Shown: positions 25,511-36,400 of the stretch, one piece after another | Layout: the number at the start of each line of letters is the position of its first letter | Position numbering within the stretch: the first letter of the stretch is position 1 | Assembly (NCBI RefSeq): GCF_006345805.1 | Contig: NC_042998.1 | Location: 9,672,001 to 9,736,000 of the forward strand | Source: Octopus sinensis | Lineage: Eukaryota | Direction: 5' to 3' | DNA length: 64,000 bases | Translations under genes and position numbers: made by a program | The notes under the pieces: model-generated | What the model was told of the DNA's origin: nothing | What the model saw: the letters and a program-made list of their open reading frames with translations, nothing else | Databases searched by the model: none

Positions 25511-26801
25511 CGAGGGGTGTTCAATAAGTAATGCCCCTGACCCACTTCCCATAGCAGTAGAGCAACGAAACTTGGAACAGTTATTAGTCTTTTTCTACAT
25601 AGGAACCACCCAGAATTACGCATTTCTCCCATCGTTTGATGCAGCTCTGAAAACTGTTTTTGTAGAAGACCCCAGCCTGGTCCTCCAACCACGACGTGAC
25701 TTCAGAAATCAAGGCTGCATCATCTGGGAAACGCTTTCCTTTCAAAAACAACTTCATGGCTGGGAAGATGTGAAAATCAGAGGGTGCAAGGTCAGGAGAG
25801 TAGGGGGATGGGGGAGGAGTTCATAGCCGCATGCCTGTGCTTCTGATCTGGCGACACGCGAGTTGTGGACCAGAGCGTTGTCCTGCAGGAGGAGGATGCC
25901 TTTGCTGATCTTGCCCCGCCTCTTGATTTTGATAGCTTCTCTTAATTTCCTCAAAAGTGAAGCATAATAGACTCCTGTAATTGTGGCACCCTTTGCCAGG
26001 AAATCTGTCTTCACTACTCCGTCCTGGTCCCAGAAGACTGTAAGCATGACCTTGCCAGCGGAGGGCTGCACCCTTGCCTTCTTTAGAGGAGGTGAGTCAC
26101 GGTGCTTCCACTGCATTGACTGGGCTTTGGTCTCTGGATCATAGTGATGGACCCAGGTTTCATCCTGTGTAATCAGTCTTTTGAAAAATTTTGACTCATC
26201 TTCTTGGCACGTCTCCAAATTCATCCTCGAGCAATCAACGCGTACTTGCTTCTGGAAAGGTGTGAGCAACCAGGGAATCCATCTAGCAGACACCTTTTGC
26301 ATATGCAAATGGTCATGAATGATAGTTTCCACAGACCTGGTACTAATCTTGACCTCATGGGCTATTTGGCGAATAGTTATGCATCGATCTTCCAAAATGG
26401 CAGCCTCAACTTGACAGACAGATGCCTCATCAATGGCAGAAGGGGGCGACCAGATCTGGAAGCTGTTTCCACAGAGTTCCGACCATGTTTGAATTCACGA
26501 TGCCAGCGTTTTACACGGTCATATGATGGGGCATCATCACCATAAGTTACTTTCATTTCATCAAAAGTCTCCCGTAGTGTGCGTCCTTTCAAATACAAAA
26601 ACCGGATCACTGCTGGACACTTAACATGCTCCATTTCACACTTGACTCAGTTCAAACACCTGTAAATCGGAAACCACAATTAGTTCAGAACTGTAATTTG
26701 CCACTTAATCTATAGAGATATAAATAATTGCACATGCAAAATTTCAGCTAGATCAAACAACTGCAAGTGGGTCAGAGGCATTACTTATTGAACGCCCCTC
26801 G
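25511..26801 (-). mobile_element. full-length mariner DNA transposon (1291 bp), transposase frameshifted twice
   Basis: 37-bp TIRs (CGAGGGGYGTTCAATAAGTAATGCCYCTGACCCACTT, 2 mismatches); TA at 25509-10 and 26802-03; transposase 26634->25584 with ITQDETWVHHYDPE, KVMLTVFWD, LLQDNA, YSPDLAPSD. Confidence 0.95.
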
Positions 26802-26885
26802 TAACAGAAACCTGGCTCAGATTATTCAGTAATGTGTTGAGTGCCTTTTTTTTTGTTTGTTTGCATATATATAGAATATTTATAT

Positions 26886-27420
26886 GCATCATCATTATCA
26901 TCATCGTTTAACGTCCATTTTCCATGCTAGCATGAGTTGGACGGTTCAACCGGGGTCTGGGAAACCAGGAGGCTGCACCAGGCTCCAGTCTGATCTGGCA
27001 GTGTTTCTACAACTGGATGCCCTTCATAAAACCAACCACTCCGTGAGTGTAGTAGGTGCTTTTTATGTGCCACCAGTACAGGTGCCAGGGGAGGCTGGCA
27101 ACGGCCACAATCGGTTGGTGCTTTCTACATGTCACCGGCACGGAAGCCAGTCAAGGCGGCGCTGGCATCAGCCATGTTTGGATGGTGCTTTTCACGTGCC
27201 ACCGGCACAGGTATCACATTGACAATTTCCATTTGATGTTAATGTACTTGGCTCAATAGGTCGCCTCAAGCACAGCAGGTTGCCCTATGATCCAAGGTAA
27301 GCACAGCAGGCCGTCCTGCAATCCAAGGTACTTTGGATGGGCTGGGGCTTCTATGTGAAGCTGGTGCAGGAAACAGCCATGAACTCATATATATAAATAT
27401 ACATATATGTACACACAGTG
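26886..27420 (-). mobile_element. RTE 3'UTR copy
   Basis: same tail block and units. Confidence 0.85.
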
Positions 27421-27789
27421 CTTCTTGAATCTCAGCTTCAACAAGATGGACAGGTCTTCTTAAGCACTCCATATTGACAGTCATCCCAATCTGTTGTCAT
27501 CTCCTCCACAATGTTCAAGGTTCAGGGATCAGCCTTCACTACTTCATCCCATGTCTTCCTGGGTCTCTCTATTCCACAAGCTCTAACCACATTAAGTGAT
27601 CTTCACTTCTTTGTACAGTTGTCTTCCTCATGCATTATCAATGTCATTCTACAGCTCTTCATCCTTTTCTGTGCTGTCAGCCATCACTTCCTTTCTCCCA
27701 CATTCCCCAGCTCATATGTATCATTGATCTACCCCTTAACCCTACAGTCACCCATTATTCTCTACCATGAGTTGGACAGTTCAACCGGG

Positions 27790-28477
27790 GTTGAGGGAAC
27801 CTGTGGAAGAGGCAGACCCAGGAAAACCTGGGACGAGGTGGTGAAGCACGACCTTCGAACTTTAGGTCTCACTGAGGAAATGACTAGAGACCGAGACCTC
27901 TGGAAGTGTGCTGTGCGCAAGAAGACCCGGCAGCACAAGTGAGACCATAACCCGTGGCCTTCTACATGGGATGGAGCCAGCCTACGTATGCATACCTTCC
28001 CTTCTTGGGACACAAAACTCTACTTGTGAAGACCTGTTGAGGCAAGTGAGGATCAGAATCAAAATCAATCAATGGAAATTGCAGATGAGTTACCAGTGCC
28101 GGTGGCATGTAAGAGAACCATCCGTTCGTGACCGTTGCCAGTGCCGCCCCGACTGGCCTCATGCCGGTGGCACGTAAAAAGCACCATCCGTTCATGTCCG
28201 TTGCCAGCCTCGCCTGGCCCCCGTGCCGGTGGCACATAAAAGCACAATCCGTTCGTGGCTGTTTGCCAGCTCCGTCTGGCACCTGTGCGGGTGGCACGTA
28301 AAAAGCACCCACTACACTCACGGAGTGGTTGGCATTAGGAAGGGCATCCAGCCGTAGAAACACTGCCAAATCTGACTGGGCCTGATGAAGCCTTCTGGCT
28401 TCACAGACCCCAGTTGAACCGTCCAACCCATGCTAGCATGGAAAACGGACGCTAAACGATGATGATGATGATGATGA
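27790..28477 (+). mobile_element. 5'-truncated young RTE (ORF2 C-terminus + 3 UTR units + (GAT)n)
   Basis: EGTCGRGRPRKTWDEVVKHDLRTLGLTEEMTRDRDLW is nearly identical to 44050-44200; same 3'UTR. Confidence 0.92.
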
Positions 28478-29061
28478 TTTCCTCCAGTGTATATTTATCA
28501 TTGGCCACCAACTCTTCATTCATTATATTTATCCCTTCACCTAGTCTCCATCTCTAACAATTCTCACTCTCACCATACACTCTTGCAACTTCTACTCAAA
28601 CTTTTGCCTCCACTCACTTGAGGGTCCACCTGAACATCCAATCACCACTATTTTATTTCTCTCTCTTTCCAGCTCTGTCCTGGTTACTTCTTCCCATTCT
28701 TCTCTTGTGTGAGTAAGCATGGAGCTTCTCAAAAGCAAGAAACCTATACTGTTCTGGCCCTTCCTCTCATACTTTAACATCTCATCTCCCAGCATAAATC
28801 TGTCTCCTGCCCTACTGTAGCACCACTTAGTCGAAGGGTATCTTAGTTTTGCAAGCTGCATGTCAATCATGAAACAGGTACCCAGTATACTCTGTATAAC
28901 GGATGGCCTTAGGAAGGACTACAGAAACCATGCCAATGCAGACATTAGATCACAATGCAGTCCTCAGATTCATTGGATCCTATCAAGCAGTCCAATCCAT
29001 ATCAGCATGGAAGATGAACTTTAAAAGATGATGATGGTAATATATATATATATATATATAT

Positions 29062-29320
29062 ATCATCATCATCATTTAGCGTCCGCTTTCCATGCTAGCA
29101 TGGGTTGGACGGTTCAATTGGGGTCTGGGAAGCCAGAAGGCTGCACCAGGCCCAGTCTGATCTGGCAATGTTTCTACGGCTGGATGCCCTTCCTAACACC
29201 AACCACTCCGTGAGTGTAGTGGGTGCTTTTTATGTGCCACCGGTACAGGTGCCAGGCGAGGCTGGCAAACGGCCATGGTCGGATGGTGCTTTTTACATGC
29301 CACCGGCACGGGGCCAGGCG
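29062..29320 (-). mobile_element. RTE 3'-end-only copy
   Basis: same tail block, adjacent to (TA)n. Confidence 0.85.
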
Positions 29321-29597
29321 ATATAAACCCATTTGGTCATGCTGCTTGGTATCTGGTGGAGTGGGGCTATAACCTTGGATTAACCCATACTTTGTGAATG
29401 AAACTGGGTAGATGAAAACTGTAGGAAAGCTAATCAGGTGGATTGCATCTGTAATTCAAAGGTTGAGCCACATAAGGTGTCACACCAATTCCATTAAGAA
29501 AACACGTGCCTGTGGAGTACTCGACCACTTTCATGCTAGTTTTGTGAGCTTAGTACTTATCGTTAACTGAACTGAAAACTCATGGTTAGACATTGTA

Positions 29598-29630
<33 letters not shown>

Positions 29631-30184
29631 TTCAGTGATACAGATATGACAAGTGGTAAGCCCAAACTTCGAAGTCACTGTCAACCTACTCTTTGTAAAA
29701 ATTAATAAATTATGTACTCTACAAAAAAGTACTGAGCAATCCTTTAGTTTAATGTTAGAACTGTTTTAATATAATAATTTCACATGATTCCGCCGAGGTC
29801 GACTTTGCCTTTCATCCTTCCGAGGTCGATAAAATAAGTACCAGTTGAGCACTGGGGGTCGATGTAATCGACCTACTCCCTCCCCCGAAAAATTGCTGAC
29901 CTAGTGCCAAAATTTGAAACCATGGAATAGGAGCAAACCGTGGAACACTGAGAAGATGCTTTAATGGATCTTGCCCGCTTTTGAGTTCAAACCATGCAAG
30001 GATTTTTTCTTTTTATTTTATTTTCCCTCTTTTGATGAAACAAATACTGATAATATGCTGACTCTATGAGGATCATCCCTTCATAAACAATAGACTAAAA
30101 GAGCAAAGCTTGTTTGTGTATGTCTAAACTTCAACGTTGAATAAACTTGTTTCGGATTTGTTTGTTTTTCTCCAAAAACGAGAA

Positions 30185-30340
30185 AGACAAAGACGAGAGA
30201 GTGTGAAGGAGAAAGAAAGAGAGCGAAGAAGAGAGAGAGAGTGAAGGAGAAAGAGAGCGAAGAAGAGAGAGAGAGTGAAGGAGAAAGAGAGGGGGGAGTA
30301 AAAGAATGAAGGAAAAAGAGAGAGAAGGCGAGAGAGAACA
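30185..30340. repeat. GA-rich polypurine tract with an internal ~30-bp repeat
   Basis: GAGAGTGAAGGAGAAAGA recurs three times. Confidence 0.8.
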
Positions 30341-31826
30341 GCTGATTAATGGCTGGTATGCAAAGTGTCAACGACATCAAGGGTTTAACACATTGGCTAA
30401 CAGTTAGCACAGTTAAAAATAAAAGAACTTCTTCCGAAACTACGTTACAAGCAACGCTGACATTAAAAAATAAAAATTAGAGAGAGAAGGATATAGGAGG
30501 ATGTTAAGAGACAATTTTAACAAGCTTTCTACAGAAATTAACACAAAAAAAAAAAAGAAAATAACAACGAACTTATCAACACAGACCTTGAAAAAGTAGT
30601 AATTATGACAGGAATAATAAATCCGAATAATGAACGGCCAAAAACAGAACTATTTTTTTAAAACTCAATAAAATGAATAACACAAATGTAGACAAAAAGT
30701 AAATAACCACTCAAAGTGGCTATCCATAATAAATATATGTATAATTTTTTTTCATTTTATCAGAATGTGACTGCCTTATACAGAACAATTTCGTTTTCCA
30801 TTTTCTTTCCCAACTCATATATATATATCTACATATCTACATTTTTCACCTTGTCAATAAGGTTTTGTTTTCGAAACATATTGTCAGTCTTCGATGTTTG
30901 CAGGGGAGTAAAAAATAAAAGTTTATATTGATTTTTAATTACCTTCGAAAAAAAGCCACATCAAAACCCAGTACATCACATTTTAATGATATAAATATTG
31001 CAAATTTTGTATGTATGTATGTGTGTGTGTATATATATATATATATAATGTATATAAATACTCGTGATCGGGACCTTATTATTAAAAAGAAAAAAAGAAT
31101 CAGTGATCATATATATATATAGGGACGAGTTTAGTACAAATCGATTTCAAATTTAAATAAAGAAAAAGAAAAAGAAAAAAAATAGGTTCGGATAGTGCTA
31201 CTGTTGTTAGTTGTTTCAATCAACATCAAAAAGCACAAGAATAAATACAAATAAATAATAAAAGATCCATGTACTGACAATTTTAGATTGCTTATTTACA
31301 ATGAAGTCGAGCAGCTTTATTGACAGTTTAAGTAAATATGCAAGGGCAACGTTGAGGGCGGGTTGGAAAAATGTAAAAAAAGAGAAGAGAGACGGACTAA
31401 TTTGAAATTATCTGAAAAACGGACTTGCGATGTTGGAAATCGTGATTAACGGGTTGATTGTAATGGGAGAGAGGAAAAATATAACAACAAGAACAAAACA
31501 ACTCGACTAGATTTTGCTACATCGATTAGACACATACAAACAAGATGTATATCTGATTAACCATACAGGTAAACAATATCAGTTATCTAATCACACATAA
31601 ATATTATACATACATGGATACAACACGATAACACAAGTATACAACCATACATACACAGGATACCATAGACAATTTGCAAAGGAGTTTTCCGGGTAACCTC
31701 TCCTTACGGATACATAAGAATCAATTCTCATGTACTCGGAGGAGAAAGCACCATTTATACAACAATTGCAATAACAATAATATCTCTGATTCCATCAGTC
31801 CACCCTTCCCCATTAAACAAACTAAC

Positions 31827-31908
31827 CAGCGAGCCACCGAGAATGCATCGATGTGGTCACTAAGCCTTCTGAAAAATAGGAGCCAAATCTCCTTCAAATC
31901 AAACTCCA
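31827..31908 (-). other. second candidate minus-strand exon (may carry start MHSRWLA-)
   Basis: minus strand: acceptor tttttggttgcag, donor CTG|GTTAGT; ATG at 31848. Confidence 0.3.
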
Positions 31909-32180
31909 CTGCAACCAAAAATAATAATAATGATAATAAAAAAAGACATAATATAGTCTTTAGAACCCATCCACCCCACAAAATGACGGAATAGTCATGG
32001 CTGGAATGCCTTTGATGCTAGGTCTGTTCGATCAGGGGTTGACCTGGAGGATAAAACCTCAAGTAAGCAATAACAAAGTGGAGAATGACACGAATCACAT
32101 CAACTTAAAACAGAAATGATTCTTTATATAAATAAAGCCTGACAAAAGAATTAGAAAGAGTTGAGTATGGTTCCACTTAC

Positions 32181-32254
32181 ATCGGTCTCTCGCAGCAGCT
32201 TTCGTTTTAAAGTTCCTTGGTTAAACATCATTTCTTAATTTTCCTGATTTTTGT
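32181..32254 (-). other. candidate exon of a divergent minus-strand transcript (carries short ORF MMFNQGTLKRKLLRETD)
   Basis: minus strand: pyrimidine-rich acceptor ctttgttatttctttaag and consensus donor GAT|GTAAGT. Confidence 0.4.
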
Positions 32255-33099
32255 CTTAAAGAAATAACAAAGGAGTGAAGTTTGGGAGGATTTCTTTTTT
32301 TTTTTGGCTTTTCAATTAGGTTTTTTCGTTCATGAAGACTGGTTTAGAAAAATAAAACGATCAACAAGAATTTAGGGGGAGACGAACTTTTGCTAAAAAA
32401 AAAAAAAGAATTGCTCAATGTTTCGTTATTAATTTTGTGCTAATATCAACGAACCACCCCAAACGAAAACTTAGAAGACTTACACAGACAATAATAAAGA
32501 TGTACTGAAATTAAACTCAAAGGTAAACTACAGAGTGCAAGGATAGACATTAATCCATAAAAGTACAAGTATATAAATTTCCCATTATTGCAATTCAGTT
32601 CCTTAAGACTTTTCCCACTTTAATTACTTTTTTTTTAGAAGTGATTTAGCCTCGAAACTATTGTGGCCAACTGTCTACTAATTAATTACACCATCAGACA
32701 GTTGTAAATATAAACATGAGCAATTAAATACATCTTTTCAAATATCTCTTCTCTATTTTACTCTACTTGCTCTTCATTTTGCAACTAAACTTTCCCAGCT
32801 TCTCTGGTGATTTCTGTTGTGGAAAAAGTCGTAAAGACACTGGGTGTTTGGACTTTTTAGTGTGTGTCTCTCATCAACAGAAGAAGTTAACCGTAAATTC
32901 TTTCCCGACGCAAATCGCACTTCAACAGGGCAAGGCGGCTCAACTGAAACCTGTCTCTGTTAGGTTTAGCAGAATCCATAATAAATCAAAAGTCTTCAGT
33001 GAATTAAAAAACTACGCCAAAACCATTTTGAAAGTCTCCTGAAAAGATTACAACAATCAGAAATGGTGGGGAAAATCCTGGTTTCCGCAAGGAAATAAG

Positions 33100-33430
33100 T
33101 TAGGTGAGTGAAGTGAACTCGTGGTTGGTGTGCGATGTTGATATTTTCATGTCCTACTTCTGGGATCTAGACCGGCCAGCAGCAGCAGTAGCAGACGCGT
33201 TTCCGGCATATCGTAATTATTATAATGAAATTACATGCAATACACCAAATAATTATTCAAATATAATATATCACAGAATTAATCGTCAGCAAATAAACTA
33301 AAAAGCTTCTCGTTTCTTTGTAAATAATATAATAAACGACATAACTCTAAAAAAAGACCAATTATGAAATAAAGAAAAAAAAAGTCTGTGCATCTCAAGG
33401 CTTCCGCCAAACCGCTTTTCAGCAATAACA
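33100..33430. promoter_or_regulatory. candidate PAAF1 (possibly bidirectional) promoter
   Basis: directly upstream of the ATG; locally CpG-enriched; ETS-like TTCCGG 33201-33206 and CTTCCG 33401-33406; TCGCGA core at 33636-33641 in intron 1; no TEs nearby. Confidence 0.5.
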
Positions 33431-33483
33431 ATGGCCGCATGTCGGAGATTGCTGTTGCAATGTGACTGGGATGTTTGTCTCAG
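33431..33483 (+). CDS. PAAF1: PAAF1 exon 1 (MAACRRLLLQCDWDVCL-R)
   Basis: ATG 33431, donor AG|GTACGA; resembles human N-terminus MAAPLRIQSDWAQALR. Confidence 0.85.
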
Positions 33484-36400
33484 GTACGAATACGTATATC
33501 ACTGCTCTCTTTAAATTAGTGGACAGCAATGAGGTGGGACAGGCGAACAAGAATCCTCAACTGTTTTTCCTTATTTGAGTAATTTTGTTAGGGATAATTC
33601 GACTTATGAGTCGCTTAGTCAAAGACTGATGCATTTCGCGAGGATCTTTGCGATGTACATTTCATTAAAAATGTGTTCCATTCATTCGTTTCTTTTAGTC
33701 GAATAGAGAGAAAAATATATATAATGTTTCTATATCTATCGTTATATTTAAGGAATCAATACTCTGGATTTATTAAACGACAGCCGTAAATAAAACAAAA
33801 TATATAGGTAGAGATTTTTCAGAAGTGTTTCGGGACAGAATATCTATTTTTATTCTTTTCGTAAACAAACAGATTTTTGGCTGTCGGTAAAGTCTCGCCT
33901 CTTGACTCGACCCTGTTTGTTTTTTCTGTCGTATACTTATTAAAAGAAATTTAATTCTAGTCGGTAAGGACCACACTTCCAAGTGTCAGATGCTAAAAAC
34001 CCCGTCTATCATATATAAACACTGATGAAGCAGATTTCTCTACCTTTTACTACAAACACTTCTATCTTCATTCTATGTGAAATCTATGTGGTATATCGTT
34101 TGTTTGTCGATGTTTATCAAGTACAAGTGGATCAAGTTCTTTTCAAGTAAATTCATTCATTATATTTTACTACTTAAATAGACGCTGAAAATTTCAATCT
34201 AAACGCTGATCGTTTTGTCAGTCTTTAAGTTTAATTATAGCTTAACGAATTTTTAAAAATACCTTTTTTCCTGGTGACTATTGACTGTTTAGTTTGATAT
34301 TTTTTCCTCCGCTTTTCATCTTGTTCATCACAGTTGCATATGTATTTGTGTAAGGATAAACGCGAAAATATACGAGGAAGTACGAATATTAATATTAAAA
34401 TATTTGTACTACACTGTCTTGTGCGCGTGCATTTTTTTATTGCATTACTTTAACTCTACTTTTGCGTATTGAGTACTCCATCCGTAATGTGCTATATATA
34501 TAGATATATATATATATATAGATGTATGTATATATTGCGTTTTGTTGTGGTACTATTGATTAATAACTATTTCCGCCTATTTTGAGATTTTTTTGAAGTT
34601 AACTCAGTTTTATATACTTATGGGAAATTCTTTTGGAATATGTAAAAAAAAGTTCATCTCGAAAATTTGAAGACAAAATATTTTAGAATTTAGTGCTGTA
34701 TGTAGTTATCTCCCTTTAGCTTAGCTCCCGATAATACGTCCTAGGAATAGTTTGAATTCCATTTAATCGCCATAGCGGTTCCTCACCAATATGTGACCTT
34801 TCACCAAAGCTAAAGATTAATATTTTATTGATATTTGTTTTTAATGTTTACATTTGCACAACGTTTTGATCAGTTTCACCTGCATCATCATCATCTTCAG
34901 GTGTCATATTCCTAGATGTGTGTATGGTACCAAACATGGATTCGAACTAGGAACTTTTATTTTAAACGGTCTAATCTACAAAGTTACTGAGGTATAAGAG
35001 TTTTATGCTCTTAGTTTATAACTAAAGAGTCCTAGTTCGAATCCAGTTTGGCAGTATATACAGACGCAGGAATATGATATCTGGTGATAATCAGAGATCA
35101 AACTGATAGAAAACGTAGTGTAGATATTAGCATGTCTTAATCTCTAAAGGTGAGATTAATAAAATTTAGACATTTAATTAATATCATTTTATTAAAGTGT
35201 TTGTTTAATTGGGTATGCAGTTAAATATTGTTTGTTTCATTTTAGAGAAAATCATGGAAGAGCATGGGTTGCACTTCAAGATCTCTCAGAAACTTCAGGT
35301 ATATATTTTCCAATCAGTTTTTCACCTCTATAATTTAATTCTTTAACAATTCTCCATCTCCAGACAAGAAGAATAACATTGATTTATTAAACCTTAAAAG
35401 TAGAAAAAGTTTATCACAAGCATCATCATCATCATTATTTTATATACTCTTTTACTTGTTTCAGTCATTTGACTGCGGCCATGCTGGAGCACCGCCTTTA
35501 GTCGAGCAACTCGACCCCGGGACTTATTCTTTGTAAGCACAGTACTTATTCTATCGGTCTCTTTTGCCGAACCGCCAAGTGACGGGGACATAGGTACACC
35601 AGCATTGGTTGTCAAGCAATGCTAGGGGGACAAACACCACACGCACACATATATATATATACATATATACGACGGGCTTCTTTCAGTTTCCGTCTACCAA
35701 ATCCACTCACAAGGCTTTGGTCGGCCCGAGGCTATAGTGGAAGACACTTGCCCAAGGTGCCACGCAGTGGGACTGAACCCAGAACCATGTGGTTGGTAAG
35801 CAAACTACTTACCACACAGCCACTCCTGCGCCTATATCTGGATTTTTTTCTTTTTTCATATTTGCAAAGGTTGGATAGGTTATCCACAACACAGCATCCT
35901 GCCACTTTTTGCATTTTTTTGTTTTGTTTTCTCCCTTGTGAGATCCAGCATCTTGCGATCAACTCTCAGCACATCTACCCTTGTCAGAAACATTCCTTGA
36001 ACACTCTCCATAGTTTTCTCTTTCCTCATATTCCACAACCCATAACATCATCATTGTCTGTTTTAGTTTTATAGTTGTTTTCCATTTCAGAATAAGGTTG
36101 GTGAAATATATTGAATGCATGAATGATTGGTGGAGTTGCAGAGAAAAATCCTATTGTTATATACATCATTCAAAGGCAGCAAGCTGGTAGAAACGTTAGC
36201 ACACCGGGCGAAATGCTGAGCAGTATTTCGTCTGCTGCTATGTTCTGAGTTCAAATTCCACCGAGGTCGACTTTGCCTTTCATCCTTTCAGGGTCGATTA
36301 AATAAGTACCAGTTACGCACTGGGGTCGATGTAATCGCCCCTCAGGTAAAAGTTGGCATCAAGAGGAGCATCCAGTTGTAGAATAAGTATTTTGCCCAGC

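Noticed and set aside
31721-31981. 86-aa hydrophobic minus-strand ORF as a membrane protein
   Set aside because: TTG start; the hydrophobic stretch comes from a (TTA)n/T-rich tract that looks like a polypyrimidine tract; no recognisable family
33431-35298. Exons 1 and 2 are both 53 coding nt
   Set aside because: No sequence similarity and different phases; coincidence
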